This document shows, piece by piece, positions 1 through 8,440 of a stretch of 20,000 bases of DNA. The DNA is from an uncultured virus (IMG/VR IMGVR_UViG_3300048587_001176) (taxonomy: Duplodnaviria > Heunggongvirae > Uroviricota > Caudoviricetes), in the IMG/VR virus record IMGVR_UViG_3300048587_001176; one strand, written 5' to 3'. The notes under the pieces were generated by a model. It ran no database searches, was not told where the DNA came from, and worked only from the letters and a program-made list of their open reading frames with translations. The position numbers were made by a program, and so were the translations under genes. Within the stretch, counting starts at the first letter, position 1. Each line of letters starts with the position of its first letter.

Positions 1-1
1 C

Positions 2-3000
2 GGTGATCGCGTCGAAGGTGCGGCCGCCGTGGTCGATACCGAGGCGGGAACCGTTCTGCTCACTCCCGGCAAGCTCTTCGTGGGCGGCGACGTCGTCCCG
101 GTCGGCTTGGCTACTCTCTATGACGTGCCGATGGTCGGTGCCGTCGAGATCGGCGTGCGGGTCACCAAGACCTGGGTGGATCACGAGGACGACCCGACGC
201 TTCTGGGCCTCGTCCCCGGAACGCTGTCGGAGGGAGAGCCGGGCGCCGCGCGCGAGACGATCTCCATTGAGTGGTGCCTGGCCGAGGACGCCGACGACCT
301 GCCGTTCGTGCTGGTCTACACCCTGAGCGACGGCACCATCGTCGACCAGACGCCGCCTCCCTCGCTGAGCGGCATCAATGCCGCGATCGCCATCTACGAC
401 CGCGAAGCCCACGGGCACTACATCGTGGAGGGCTGCCGGGTCACGGCGCTCGGCAAATCCGGTGGCAAGCAGGTGTTCTCAATCCAGGAGGGCACGGCCA
501 ATATCTACGGCTTCAAGCGCACCCGCGCCGCCGCTCTTCGCCACGAGGAGCTCGAGGCCTGGGACATCGGCGCAGTGGCGGCCGAGAGCCATACCTTCGT
601 CGGCTCGACCCCCAACACGATCGCCCTGTCGCGCTCGCCGATCGCCAGCATCACCTCAGTGCTGGTGACCAAGCAGAAGACGGTTTCGATCACGCGCGGC
701 AATACGGTGCACGGTGCCGACCTGCTGCCCGATAGCTCGATCACCTCGATCATCTCGGTGGTGCAGGGCGGGACGACCTATACGAACCCGGCCTCCTGGA
801 TCAAAACCGGCGATCAGGTGGACTGGTCGCCCGCCGGCGCTGAGCCGGCTGGCGGCTCGCAGTACGACGTGACTTACCGCTACCGCGCGGTGGTGGTGCC
901 GACGAGCTTCGACGACTTCAATGTCGTGGTCGCGGGCGGCGTAGACGGCACGGAAGTGCTGGTCGGCTACACGTACAAGCTGCCCCGCATCGACCGGCTC
1001 TGCCTCAACCAGGCTGGCGTCTCGGTCTACGTGAAGGGCGTCTCGGCTCAGGCCCTCGACAAAGCCCTGCCGCCGATCCCGCCGAACGACCTGCTCCCGC
1101 TGGCGCAGATCAAGAACACGTGGATCGGCAAGCCGGAGGTCGAGAACGACGGCGTCTATCGGCGCACCTTCGCCGAGATCGACCGGATGGCCCGCGTCCT
1201 CGAGAACCAGGTTCGCCTGGTGCAGCTCGAGCGCATCAAGTCCGGCATCGACGCCCGCGAGCCCACGGCGAAGAAGAACACCTTCGTCGACCCGTTCCTG
1301 AACGACTACTACCGCGACGCTGGGGAGACCCAAACCGCAGCGGTCGCAGACGGGTTCATGGAACTGGCGATCGAGCCGACGTTCTACCAGGCGTCGCTCG
1401 CCGGTCCGGTCATGCTCGACTGGGTCGAGGAGGTCATCATCGCGCAGGAGCTCGACACCTTCTGCGAGAAGATCAACCCGTACCAGAACTTCAACCCGAT
1501 GCCGGGCGCGATCACGATCACGCCCTCGGCTGACTTCTGGACGGTGCAGCAGACCGTATGGGCCTCGCCCGTCACGCAGGAGTTCAATCGCGGCACCACC
1601 CGCACCGGCCCGCTGGTCGTCACCTCGACCGATGTGCAGCTGCTGGGTGAGCGCGACGAGTTGATCCAGTTCCTGCGCCAGATCCCGATCACCTTCAAGG
1701 TGAAGGGGTTTGGGCCGGGCGAAGTCCTGCAGTCGCTGACCTTCGATGGCGTCGACGTCAAGCCTGCCGGCGTGATCACCGCCGACGCCAACGGCGAGAT
1801 CACGAACACCTTCGTCATCCCGTCGAACATCACCGCCGGCACCAAGGCGGTCGTGGCGAAGGGTGCGGCAAGCGGGGAGGCCTATGCCTTCTTCGTCGGC
1901 CAGGGCACGATCGAGATTGCGACCATGCGTCGTGTCACCACGATCGAGCGCTGGAGGCGGCCGCCGGAGCCGCAGAGTTCGGGGAACAGCACGTCCTACG
2001 ATCCGCAGGCCCAGACCTTCACGGTCGTCGAGGGTCGGCAGCTCGTAGGGGTCGACATCAAGCTGTGCGCTGTCGGCGACACCGACAACTCGCTGCTGAT
2101 CGAGCAGGTTACCGTGGAGAACGGCGACCCGACCGAAGACGTCATGGCCCAGGCCTTCGTCTCAATGCTGGGCGCGACGCCCGGCTGGAAGTCGGCTCGC
2201 TATGCCATGCCGGTGCTGACGCTTCCCTCTCAGGACGCGGCCTTCGTCGTGAAGACGGACGACGCGAACCACGCACTCGCGATGGCCCGCGTCGGCGACT
2301 TCGACACGGCGCAGCAGCGGTGGGTGGGCGCGCAGCCCTACTCGATCGGCGTCAATCTGTCGTCGTCGAACGCCAAGTCCTGGACTGCCCATCAGGAGCG
2401 AGATGTGACCTTCCGGCTGATCGCCGCGAAGTTCACCAACCCCGGCTTCACCAAGACGGTGCCGCTGGGCTCGTTCAACCTGGTAGACGCCAGCGACTTG
2501 CAGGTCCGCGCCGTAGTGGAGCTCCCCTCGGCTGAGTGCTCGGTGGTCTTCGAGATCGTCCGCGCCAACAGCGAGGTCTGGCGGGTGCTGCCCTTCCAAG
2601 TGCTGCAGCTGACCGAGTTCATCACCGAGACCGTGCAGCTTCGGGCCGTCCTGACGGGCACCGAGAAGCTGTCGCCGACGCTGTTCGCGCCGGTTTGGTT
2701 TGTCGCGGGAAAGATCGCTACGAGCGGCAGCTACGTCAGCCGGGCCTTCAACCTGGGCAGCGTGGTGAAGCTGACGTCGTACATGAAGGCCTTCCTTCCG
2801 GCCGGCTCGACGCTGACCGCCCAGTACGACGTGGCAGACGACAACTGGCAGGCCCTGCCGACCGTCGCGACCGAAGTCCTCGCGCTGCCCGGCTGGGTGG
2901 AGCGGAAGATGGAGGCGACGGGGATCAACGCAATCCAGGGGCGCCTGAAATTCACCTTCACCGGCGGGCCCGCTGCCCGTCCGCTGTTCGGGGATCTCGG

Positions 3001-3016
3001 CGCCGCCGTCATGTAA
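2..3016 (+). CDS. Large baseplate/tail-fibre-associated structural protein (DUF4815-like), 5'-partial
   Basis: Frame is open from base 2 (GDRVEGAAAVVDT...), so the GTG at 29 is probably internal. About 1000 aa, beta-rich; motifs KLPRIDRL, FVDPFLND, KINPYQNF, DPQAQTF, LSSSNAKSWTAHQ resemble DUF4815 proteins of P2-like tail modules. Confidence 0.8.
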   Translation, partial: GDRVEGAAAVVDTEAGTVLLTPGKLFVGGDVVPVGLATLYDVPMVGAVEIGVRVTKTWVDHEDDPTLLGLVPGTLSEGEPGAARETISIEWCLAEDADDLPFVLVYTLSDGTIVDQTPPPSLSGINAAIAIYDREAHGHYIVEGCRVTALGKSGGKQVFSIQEGTANIYGFKRTRAAALRHEELEAWDIGAVAAESHTFVGSTPNTIALSRSPIASITSVLVTKQKTVSITRGNTVHGADLLPDSSITSIISVVQGGTTYTNPASWIKTGDQVDWSPAGAEPAGGSQYDVTYRYRAVVVPTSFDDFNVVVAGGVDGTEVLVGYTYKLPRIDRLCLNQAGVSVYVKGVSAQALDKALPPIPPNDLLPLAQIKNTWIGKPEVENDGVYRRTFAEIDRMARVLENQVRLVQLERIKSGIDAREPTAKKNTFVDPFLNDYYRDAGETQTAAVADGFMELAIEPTFYQASLAGPVMLDWVEEVIIAQELDTFCEKINPYQNFNPMPGAITITPSADFWTVQQTVWASPVTQEFNRGTTRTGPLVVTSTDVQLLGERDELIQFLRQIPITFKVKGFGPGEVLQSLTFDGVDVKPAGVITADANGEITNTFVIPSNITAGTKAVVAKGAASGEAYAFFVGQGTIEIATMRRVTTIERWRRPPEPQSSGNSTSYDPQAQTFTVVEGRQLVGVDIKLCAVGDTDNSLLIEQVTVENGDPTEDVMAQAFVSMLGATPGWKSARYAMPVLTLPSQDAAFVVKTDDANHALAMARVGDFDTAQQRWVGAQPYSIGVNLSSSNAKSWTAHQERDVTFRLIAAKFTNPGFTKTVPLGSFNLVDASDLQVRAVVELPSAECSVVFEIVRANSEVWRVLPFQVLQLTEFITETVQLRAVLTGTEKLSPTLFAPVWFVAGKIATSGSYVSRAFNLGSVVKLTSYMKAFLPAGSTLTAQYDVADDNWQALPTVATEVLALPGWVERKMEATGINAIQGRLKFTFTGGPAARPLFGDLGAAVM

Positions 3017-3028
3017 TGGGGGTGGACT

Positions 3029-4108
3029 ATGTCCAACACTGAGCACCGGAACTACCCGAAGCCGGTGCCGGCGCACAACGTCTCGGACGACGTGCTCCTG
3101 CTGCAGCAGGCGATGGATCTCGTCGACAACGACATCCACCTGCTGTTCGCGGCGATCGCTGACCTGGCGCCGATCGACCACGAGCACGTCATCGCCGACA
3201 TTCAGGGGCTGACCACCGCTCTGGCCGGCAAGTCCGACACGACCCACACCCACACCCTCGAGGCTCTCTCGGATGTAGGCGGCACGCTCGTGGCGCCGGC
3301 AGGGTATGTCCTGGTCAAGCTAGTGGACGGCACCTGGGGGCCGGCGTCGCCGGCCTCCATCATCGGCTCGCACCAGCACGTCATCGAAGATGTCGTGAAC
3401 CTGCAGACCGCGCTCGACGGCCTCGGGATCTCGGCTCAGGTTGCGGCCGTCGCGCAAACGACAGTGCTCGACGCCGACGAGTTCGCTATTCGCAAGAGCA
3501 GCACCGGCGCCCTCATCAAGCAGTCTTGGGCCAACATCAAGACGGCCATCTGGGCGGCTCTCGGCCCTGCCATCGTGGGCCAGACGGCCAAAAACACCCC
3601 ACTGGACGGGGATGTGTTTGTCGTAGCGGACAGCGCTGCGAGCAACGCCACCCGTAAGGTTGGGATGCTCAACCTCTGGTCGAACTACCTGAAGGGCAAA
3701 GCGGATGCCGTGTATCTCGCCATTGCCAACGTCGCGACGGCCGCTCAGTACCGCGCCAAGGCGGCCGACAAGGTGTTGACGGCGGACAAGGTATTCGGAG
3801 CGGCGGCGCCGGTTGACCTGGGTTCGCTCTCCGGAAGTGTGACGCTCGACTTCGCGGCGTTCTTCCACGCCTACGGCACCCTCGCGGCGAATATCACCTT
3901 CAGCGCCGCTTCCAACCTCGCCCCGGGGCAGACCGGTGTCATCGTCCTGACCAATCCCGGCGCCTTCACTCTGGGCGTCAACACGGCGACGTTCATCGCC
4001 AACAACGGCGCGGGCATCCAGCTCGCTTCGGGCAAGAACGACATCTCCTACTACGTGGACCATGACTTGAAGGTGCACATCTTCCTGGTCGGCAAGGGGA
4101 TGGCATGA
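3029..4108 (+). CDS. Tail fibre protein with HxH repeats and C-terminal adaptor-like domain
   Basis: N-terminal anchor (NYPKP...NVSDDVLLLQQAMDLVD); HEH/HTH/HQH-x-I-x-D-x-x-L repeats typical of trimeric fibres; GGGGTGG RBS; ATGA overlap with the next gene. Confidence 0.75.
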   Translation: MSNTEHRNYPKPVPAHNVSDDVLLLQQAMDLVDNDIHLLFAAIADLAPIDHEHVIADIQGLTTALAGKSDTTHTHTLEALSDVGGTLVAPAGYVLVKLVDGTWGPASPASIIGSHQHVIEDVVNLQTALDGLGISAQVAAVAQTTVLDADEFAIRKSSTGALIKQSWANIKTAIWAALGPAIVGQTAKNTPLDGDVFVVADSAASNATRKVGMLNLWSNYLKGKADAVYLAIANVATAAQYRAKAADKVLTADKVFGAAAPVDLGSLSGSVTLDFAAFFHAYGTLAANITFSAASNLAPGQTGVIVLTNPGAFTLGVNTATFIANNGAGIQLASGKNDISYYVDHDLKVHIFLVGKGMA

Positions 4109-4452
4109 CGCGCAAGGTCGTTCCGGGCCGCTCCATCCAGGCCGGCTATGAGTGGCGACTCGGCGTCACGGTCGCTGGCGTGGGCTCCTTCGACGAGGGC
4201 GCAACCTTCACGGCCCAGGTGCGCCCCCTCGGCAATCTGGAGCAGTTGCTGGTCGAGCTCTCGAGCGACGACGGCACGATCATTCGCACCTCAGTCGATG
4301 CTCTGGAGTTGGTGATCCCTGCCGCTGCAAGCGCCTCCTGGCCCGCGCGCCACGTCGTTCTCGATGTGGTCCGGACGGACCTGCCCCAGGCTCAGCACCT
4401 CGGCTTCCGGCTTACCATTCCAGTGGTCGTGCCAGTGACAAGGGGTGCCTGA
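4105..4452 (+). CDS. Small beta-rich virion protein (BppU N-terminal/Ig-like adaptor, putative)
   Basis: 115 aa, overlaps both neighbours (ATGA, TGATG); pattern TFTAQVR...LLVELSSDDGTI...LELVIPAAAS resembles fibre-anchoring adaptors. Confidence 0.6.
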   Translation: MTRKVVPGRSIQAGYEWRLGVTVAGVGSFDEGATFTAQVRPLGNLEQLLVELSSDDGTIIRTSVDALELVIPAAASASWPARHVVLDVVRTDLPQAQHLGFRLTIPVVVPVTRGA

Positions 4453-4739
4453 TGGACAGCACCACCATCACAATCGAGATCGTCGACGGCGTGGTCATCG
4501 AGACCGGCGTCGCCGACGGCATTGCCATCGAGACGGGCGACGACGACGCGGTCGAGGTTTCGGTTGACGCCCTGGGCGCCGTCGAGGTGCAGGCGGAGCC
4601 CGTGGGCGCCTCCGGACGAACAGGCGCTCAAGGGGAGCAGGGCCCGGCTGGGCCCGCTGGTCCCGCCGGCCCTCCCGGGGGCGGCTACTACGACGACCTG
4701 CCGGACTTCACCCTCCTCTTCGACAACATGCTGATTTGA
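4452..4739 (+). CDS. Short collagen-repeat protein (95 aa)
   Basis: True start is probably ATG 4452 (TGATG overlap, AGGGG upstream), not 4152. Acidic beta-rich N-terminus, then eight Gly-X-Y triplets (4605-4676); ends PDFTLLFDNMLI. Confidence 0.75.
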   Translation: MDSTTITIEIVDGVVIETGVADGIAIETGDDDAVEVSVDALGAVEVQAEPVGASGRTGAQGEQGPAGPAGPAGPPGGGYYDDLPDFTLLFDNMLI

Positions 4740-4752
4740 AAGGCGCGACGTA

Positions 4753-5922
4753 ATGGCGACTTTGCAGACGAACATCACGAACCTCGCCACCCGGATCGCG
4801 ACGGAGTGCAAGTCTCTCCGCACGATGATCAACGGCAACGCCGCGGACCTTTCGGCGCTCACCACGACGTCCAAGACCAGCCTCGTATCCGCCATCAACG
4901 AGCTGCAGGGCGCGATCGCTGGCGCAACGGGCATCAACGACGCCTCGACTGGAACCGGCGCCACCTGGTCCGCCTCCAAGATCATTGAGGAGTTGGGCGA
5001 CCTCAAGAGCGAGATCCTCGGCGGCGCCGGGTCGGCCTTCGACACCCTTCAGGAGCTCGCCACGCTGATCGGCGAGAACGACGGCGACATCACGGGCATC
5101 CTGACCGCCCTCGACAATCGAGTGCGCTTCGACGCTGCCCAGACGCTGACCGCGCCTCAGAAGACGCAGGCCCTGGCGAACATCGGGGCCGCCGCCGACA
5201 CCCACACCCACGGCGCGGCAACGACCGGCGCGGCTGGCTTCATGTCGGCAACCGACAAGACCAAGCTCGACGGCATCGCGGCCGGCGCGAACAACTACGT
5301 GCACCCGACCACCGACGGCAACCGACACGTCCCTGCGACGCTCGCCGGCGACGTGCTCAAGTTCCTGAAGTCTGCGGCGACCGCTGGAGCGGCCGCAGTC
5401 TGGTCGGCCCTGACCAAGTCCGACGTCGGCCTTGGCAACGTCGACAACACGTCCGACGCGAATAAGCCTGTCTCGACCGCGCAGCAGGCCGCCCTCGACG
5501 GCAAGGCCGACAGCGGCCACGGGCATGGCAACGCCACCACGAGCGTCTCCGGGTTCATGTCCTCGACGGACAAGAGCAAGCTCGATGGCATCGCCGCAGG
5601 CGCCGAGGTCAACCAGAACGCCTTCACCACAATCGCGGTCTCCGGGCAAACGTCAGTCGCGGCCGATGGGAAGACGGACACCCTGACGCTGGCGAACGGC
5701 ACAGGCATCGCAATCACCACGGACGCGGTGACTGACACGGTGACGGTCAGCTTCAACGGCTCCAAGTCCACCGTCGGCCTCAGCAATGTCGACAACACGT
5801 CGGATGCAAACAAGCCGGTTAGCACGGCGCAGCAGACGGCGCTGAACGCGAAGGTGGACAGCTCGGCGATCGGCAACCCTGACACCAACTGGGTGACGGT
5901 GTTCGAAGCCGCCCTGGCATAG
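4753..5922 (+). CDS. Fibre shaft protein with internal repeats
   Basis: Two copies of VGLxNVDNTSDANKPVSTAQQxAL and two of HxHGxATTxxxGFMSxTDKxKLDGIAAGA; AFDTLQELATLI motif typical of phage fibres. Confidence 0.8.
   Translation: MATLQTNITNLATRIATECKSLRTMINGNAADLSALTTTSKTSLVSAINELQGAIAGATGINDASTGTGATWSASKIIEELGDLKSEILGGAGSAFDTLQELATLIGENDGDITGILTALDNRVRFDAAQTLTAPQKTQALANIGAAADTHTHGAATTGAAGFMSATDKTKLDGIAAGANNYVHPTTDGNRHVPATLAGDVLKFLKSAATAGAAAVWSALTKSDVGLGNVDNTSDANKPVSTAQQAALDGKADSGHGHGNATTSVSGFMSSTDKSKLDGIAAGAEVNQNAFTTIAVSGQTSVAADGKTDTLTLANGTGIAITTDAVTDTVTVSFNGSKSTVGLSNVDNTSDANKPVSTAQQTALNAKVDSSAIGNPDTNWVTVFEAALA
5416..5862 (+). repeat. Diverged intragenic direct repeat (5416-5514 and 5764-5862); second pair at 5203-5289 and 5518-5604
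   Basis: Near-identical peptides with many synonymous differences at DNA level. Confidence 0.85.
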
Positions 5923-5931
5923 GAGCGGTGA

Positions 5932-6165
5932 ATGGCCACACTACAAACCCGCCTCTCCGACCTGGCCACCCGGATCGGCGTCGAGATCAAGGCCATGCTG
6001 CCGAAGCTGCTGCCGCCCGGCGGAACAGCCGGGCAGGTGCTGGCGAAGTCGAGCGGCACCGACTACGCGACCGAATGGGTCGACGCCGGGGGCGAGGGGG
6101 GAGCTGACTACGGGCTGATCACCTCGTCGCCGACGGCGTCCGCTGACTACGGAGACCTCTCATGA
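5932..6165 (+). CDS. Small fibre linker protein (77 aa)
   Basis: AGGAG RBS; N-terminus paralogous to the 4753 protein; LPPGGTAGQVLAKSSGTDYATEWVD fibre motif; DYG...DYG C-terminus. Confidence 0.75.
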   Translation: MATLQTRLSDLATRIGVEIKAMLPKLLPPGGTAGQVLAKSSGTDYATEWVDAGGEGGADYGLITSSPTASADYGDLS

Positions 6166-6722
6166 GCACTGCAGTGCAGCGGCGACGCGGCACCACCGCT
6201 GAGCACGCGGCGTTCACCGGGATCTCTGGCGAGATCACAATCGATACGACCAAGAAAACCGTCGTGGTGCACGACGGGGTCACGCCTGGGGGAACGCCCC
6301 TGGCCAAGGAGGCGCACAACCACGACGCCCTCTACGTGCTACAGACCGCCATCGCAACCGCAGCGAACTTCCTCGCCAAGGTGGTTGGGAAGGTGCTGAC
6401 CGCGGATGCGGTGTGGGACGCGGCGGTCCCGGTCAACCTGGGGGCCACGCTCTCAGGCAACCTGACCCTGGACCTCGCCACCTTCATCCACGCGTACGGG
6501 ACGGCCACCGGCAACATCGTCTTCAACGCCGCCACCAACCTGAAGAGCCAGTCCGGCACAATCGAGATCACCGCGTCCGGCGGAAACCGGACCGTGGGCC
6601 TCACAACCTCCGCATTCTCCGGCACGGCCGTCACGATACCTAGCGGGCAGACCTATCTGTTCAGCTACTTCGTGCGGCAGGGGGGCAAGGTTCATCTGAT
6701 GCTGGCGAGTAAGGACATCTGA
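6162..6722 (+). CDS. Fibre protein with Mtd_N/hyaluronidase-N-like trimerisation domain
   Basis: VQRRRGTTAEHAAFTGISGEITIDTTKKTVVVHDGVTPGG matches the N-terminal domain of Bordetella phage Mtd-like proteins; C-terminal part paralogous to 3704-4108. Confidence 0.75.
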   Translation: MSTAVQRRRGTTAEHAAFTGISGEITIDTTKKTVVVHDGVTPGGTPLAKEAHNHDALYVLQTAIATAANFLAKVVGKVLTADAVWDAAVPVNLGATLSGNLTLDLATFIHAYGTATGNIVFNAATNLKSQSGTIEITASGGNRTVGLTTSAFSGTAVTIPSGQTYLFSYFVRQGGKVHLMLASKDI

Positions 6723-6723
6723 C

Positions 6724-7488
6724 ATGCTTCAAATGGGACCGCCTCCGCAGCTTATCTTGCCCGAGCACTGGGAGGCCAAGCGCCCCGCCATCATCCGCCC
6801 CGGCGACGACATCCTTCGAGCCGAACGCGCCCGCCTGAAGGAGGCCGGGCTCCCTGGCATAGGCGGGCTGCTCGGCGGGGCACCACTCCCCGTCAAGCTC
6901 ACTTACATCACCTCTGTGGGGTTCACGGCCAACGGCAACACGCTCAGCGGCAACTTCACGCTCACCGAGGCTTGCGACGTCTTGCTCATCGGCGTCGGGG
7001 ATCAGGCGTCGTCCTATGGGACGGTGTCCAACGTCACCATCGGCGGTGTGTCGCGCACCCCGCTCGACGGCGAACACGCCTGCGCGTTCGGCCTCGGACT
7101 GTCTGCGGGCACCATTTCGTTCTCGGCTACATGGACCACCGCCCGCTCTCGCGGCGCCATCCACATCCTCAAGGTCGAGAACCTGGACACCCCGGCTAAG
7201 GTTGACGGCCAAAACATCTTTGTGAGCGGCCTGACGTCCCCGTTCACGCTGGATGTGCCAGACGGCGGCGCGGCAGCGGTGGCCGTCTATAAGGGCGGCT
7301 ACTCCGGCGACATCGTGTGGACCAACGCTACCGAGGTCTATGACCAGCTCATCGAGAGTACCTCGAAGCACGGCTGCGCGTTCTACGAGAACAACGGCGT
7401 TGGTTTCGAGGCCAACAAGGTCATCACGCCAGCGTACTCGGGCTCATCCGGCAACGCCGCGCTCGGGATCGCAGTATCCTTCAGGTAA
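6724..7488 (+). CDS. Putative fibre-tip adhesin/receptor-binding protein
   Basis: 254 aa; Pro-rich N-terminal arm, Gly linker, then a beta-rich body; starts 1 nt after the previous stop. Function inferred from position. Confidence 0.5.
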   Translation: MLQMGPPPQLILPEHWEAKRPAIIRPGDDILRAERARLKEAGLPGIGGLLGGAPLPVKLTYITSVGFTANGNTLSGNFTLTEACDVLLIGVGDQASSYGTVSNVTIGGVSRTPLDGEHACAFGLGLSAGTISFSATWTTARSRGAIHILKVENLDTPAKVDGQNIFVSGLTSPFTLDVPDGGAAAVAVYKGGYSGDIVWTNATEVYDQLIESTSKHGCAFYENNGVGFEANKVITPAYSGSSGNAALGIAVSFR

Positions 7489-7502
7489 CCCAAGGGGCCA
7501 TC

Positions 7503-7997
7503 ATGCTCTACCGTGAAACCGAGACTGGGTTCGTCGCTTGGAGCGGCGAGCCAGTCGACGGCATCTTGTACCCGCGCGACATCGCGCAAAAATGGACGGA
7601 GGCCGAGCTCGCTTCGGTGGGACTGTTCCTCCCCGTTGACCCCGGCGTGCCAGAAGGCAAACGCGCGATCGGCACAACTGTGGCGCGAGTTGCAGGGGTT
7701 GTATCCTTCGTGCATGAGCTCGAGGACATCCCGGAGCTCACCCCCTCGGACGTTTCCCTGACGGACCGGCAGCTGCGCATCGGCCTCCTATCGGCCGGCT
7801 ACGATCTGGCCGTCGTCGAGACCGCCATCGCGGCCATCGAGGATCCGGTCGACCGCGCCATCGCGCAGGTCTGGTGGGATCGCACCACCGTCATCCAGTG
7901 GGATCACCCGATGACCCAGACCCTCATGGGGCTGGCGGGCATCCCGGAAAACGAGCGCACGCTGCTCTGGATGTGGGCCTCGGACATCGCAGCGTAG
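7503..7997 (+). CDS. Tail fibre assembly/chaperone-like protein
   Basis: AAGGGG RBS; YPRDIAQKWTEAELASVGL N-domain and SLTDRQLRIGL...AQVWWD...DHP...LWMWA helical C-domain, typical of genes that follow fibres. Confidence 0.6.
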   Translation: MLYRETETGFVAWSGEPVDGILYPRDIAQKWTEAELASVGLFLPVDPGVPEGKRAIGTTVARVAGVVSFVHELEDIPELTPSDVSLTDRQLRIGLLSAGYDLAVVETAIAAIEDPVDRAIAQVWWDRTTVIQWDHPMTQTLMGLAGIPENERTLLWMWASDIAA

Positions 7998-8005
7998 AGG
8001 GCAAC

Positions 8006-8413
8006 ATGACATCGCAGACCGGCAAGGAGGGGCGCTTCACGGCGCCCCTCGTGCTTTCGCCTGACACTCCCCGGCGCGGATACCGCACCACCCGGGAGTT
8101 CTCCTACGACATCGGGTTCAAGGGCTCTGGCCTGACGGTCACGGTGCCGGAGAACTTCCCGACCGACCTCGCCACCGTGCCCCGTGCACTGTGGTGGCTC
8201 TTCCCGCCGCACGATCCGCAGTATGCGGCGGCGGCGGTGCTCCACGACTTCCTCTACTCGTGGCGCTCTCCCGAGGGTGAGGCCTTCGACCGGGCAACGG
8301 CCGACGGCGTCTTCCTCGAGGCAATGCTGATCCTCGGCGTCCCTCGCTGGAAGGCCCTGGTCATGTTCGTGGCGGTCCGCATCTTCAGCGAAACCACCCC
8401 CATCGCGGCCTAA
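8006..8413 (+). CDS. DUF1353 family protein
   Basis: VPENFPTDLATVPR...AAVLHDFLY...ADGVFLEAM...MFVAVR signature; start reassigned to ATG 8006 (GAGGG RBS). Confidence 0.85.
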   Translation: MTSQTGKEGRFTAPLVLSPDTPRRGYRTTREFSYDIGFKGSGLTVTVPENFPTDLATVPRALWWLFPPHDPQYAAAAVLHDFLYSWRSPEGEAFDRATADGVFLEAMLILGVPRWKALVMFVAVRIFSETTPIAA

Positions 8414-8440
8414 CAGCCAAACACCTAAGGAGCTCTGCAA

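Noticed and set aside
6162..6722. Diversity-generating retroelement suggested by the Mtd-like N-terminus
   Set aside because: No C-type lectin variable region, no adenine-specific TR/VR pair and no reverse transcriptase in the window; the paralogous segments differ at all base types
3029..7997. Invertible tail-fibre cassette (Gin/Cin or shufflon)
   Set aside because: All fibre genes are co-oriented; no inverted crossover sites or adjacent invertase seen
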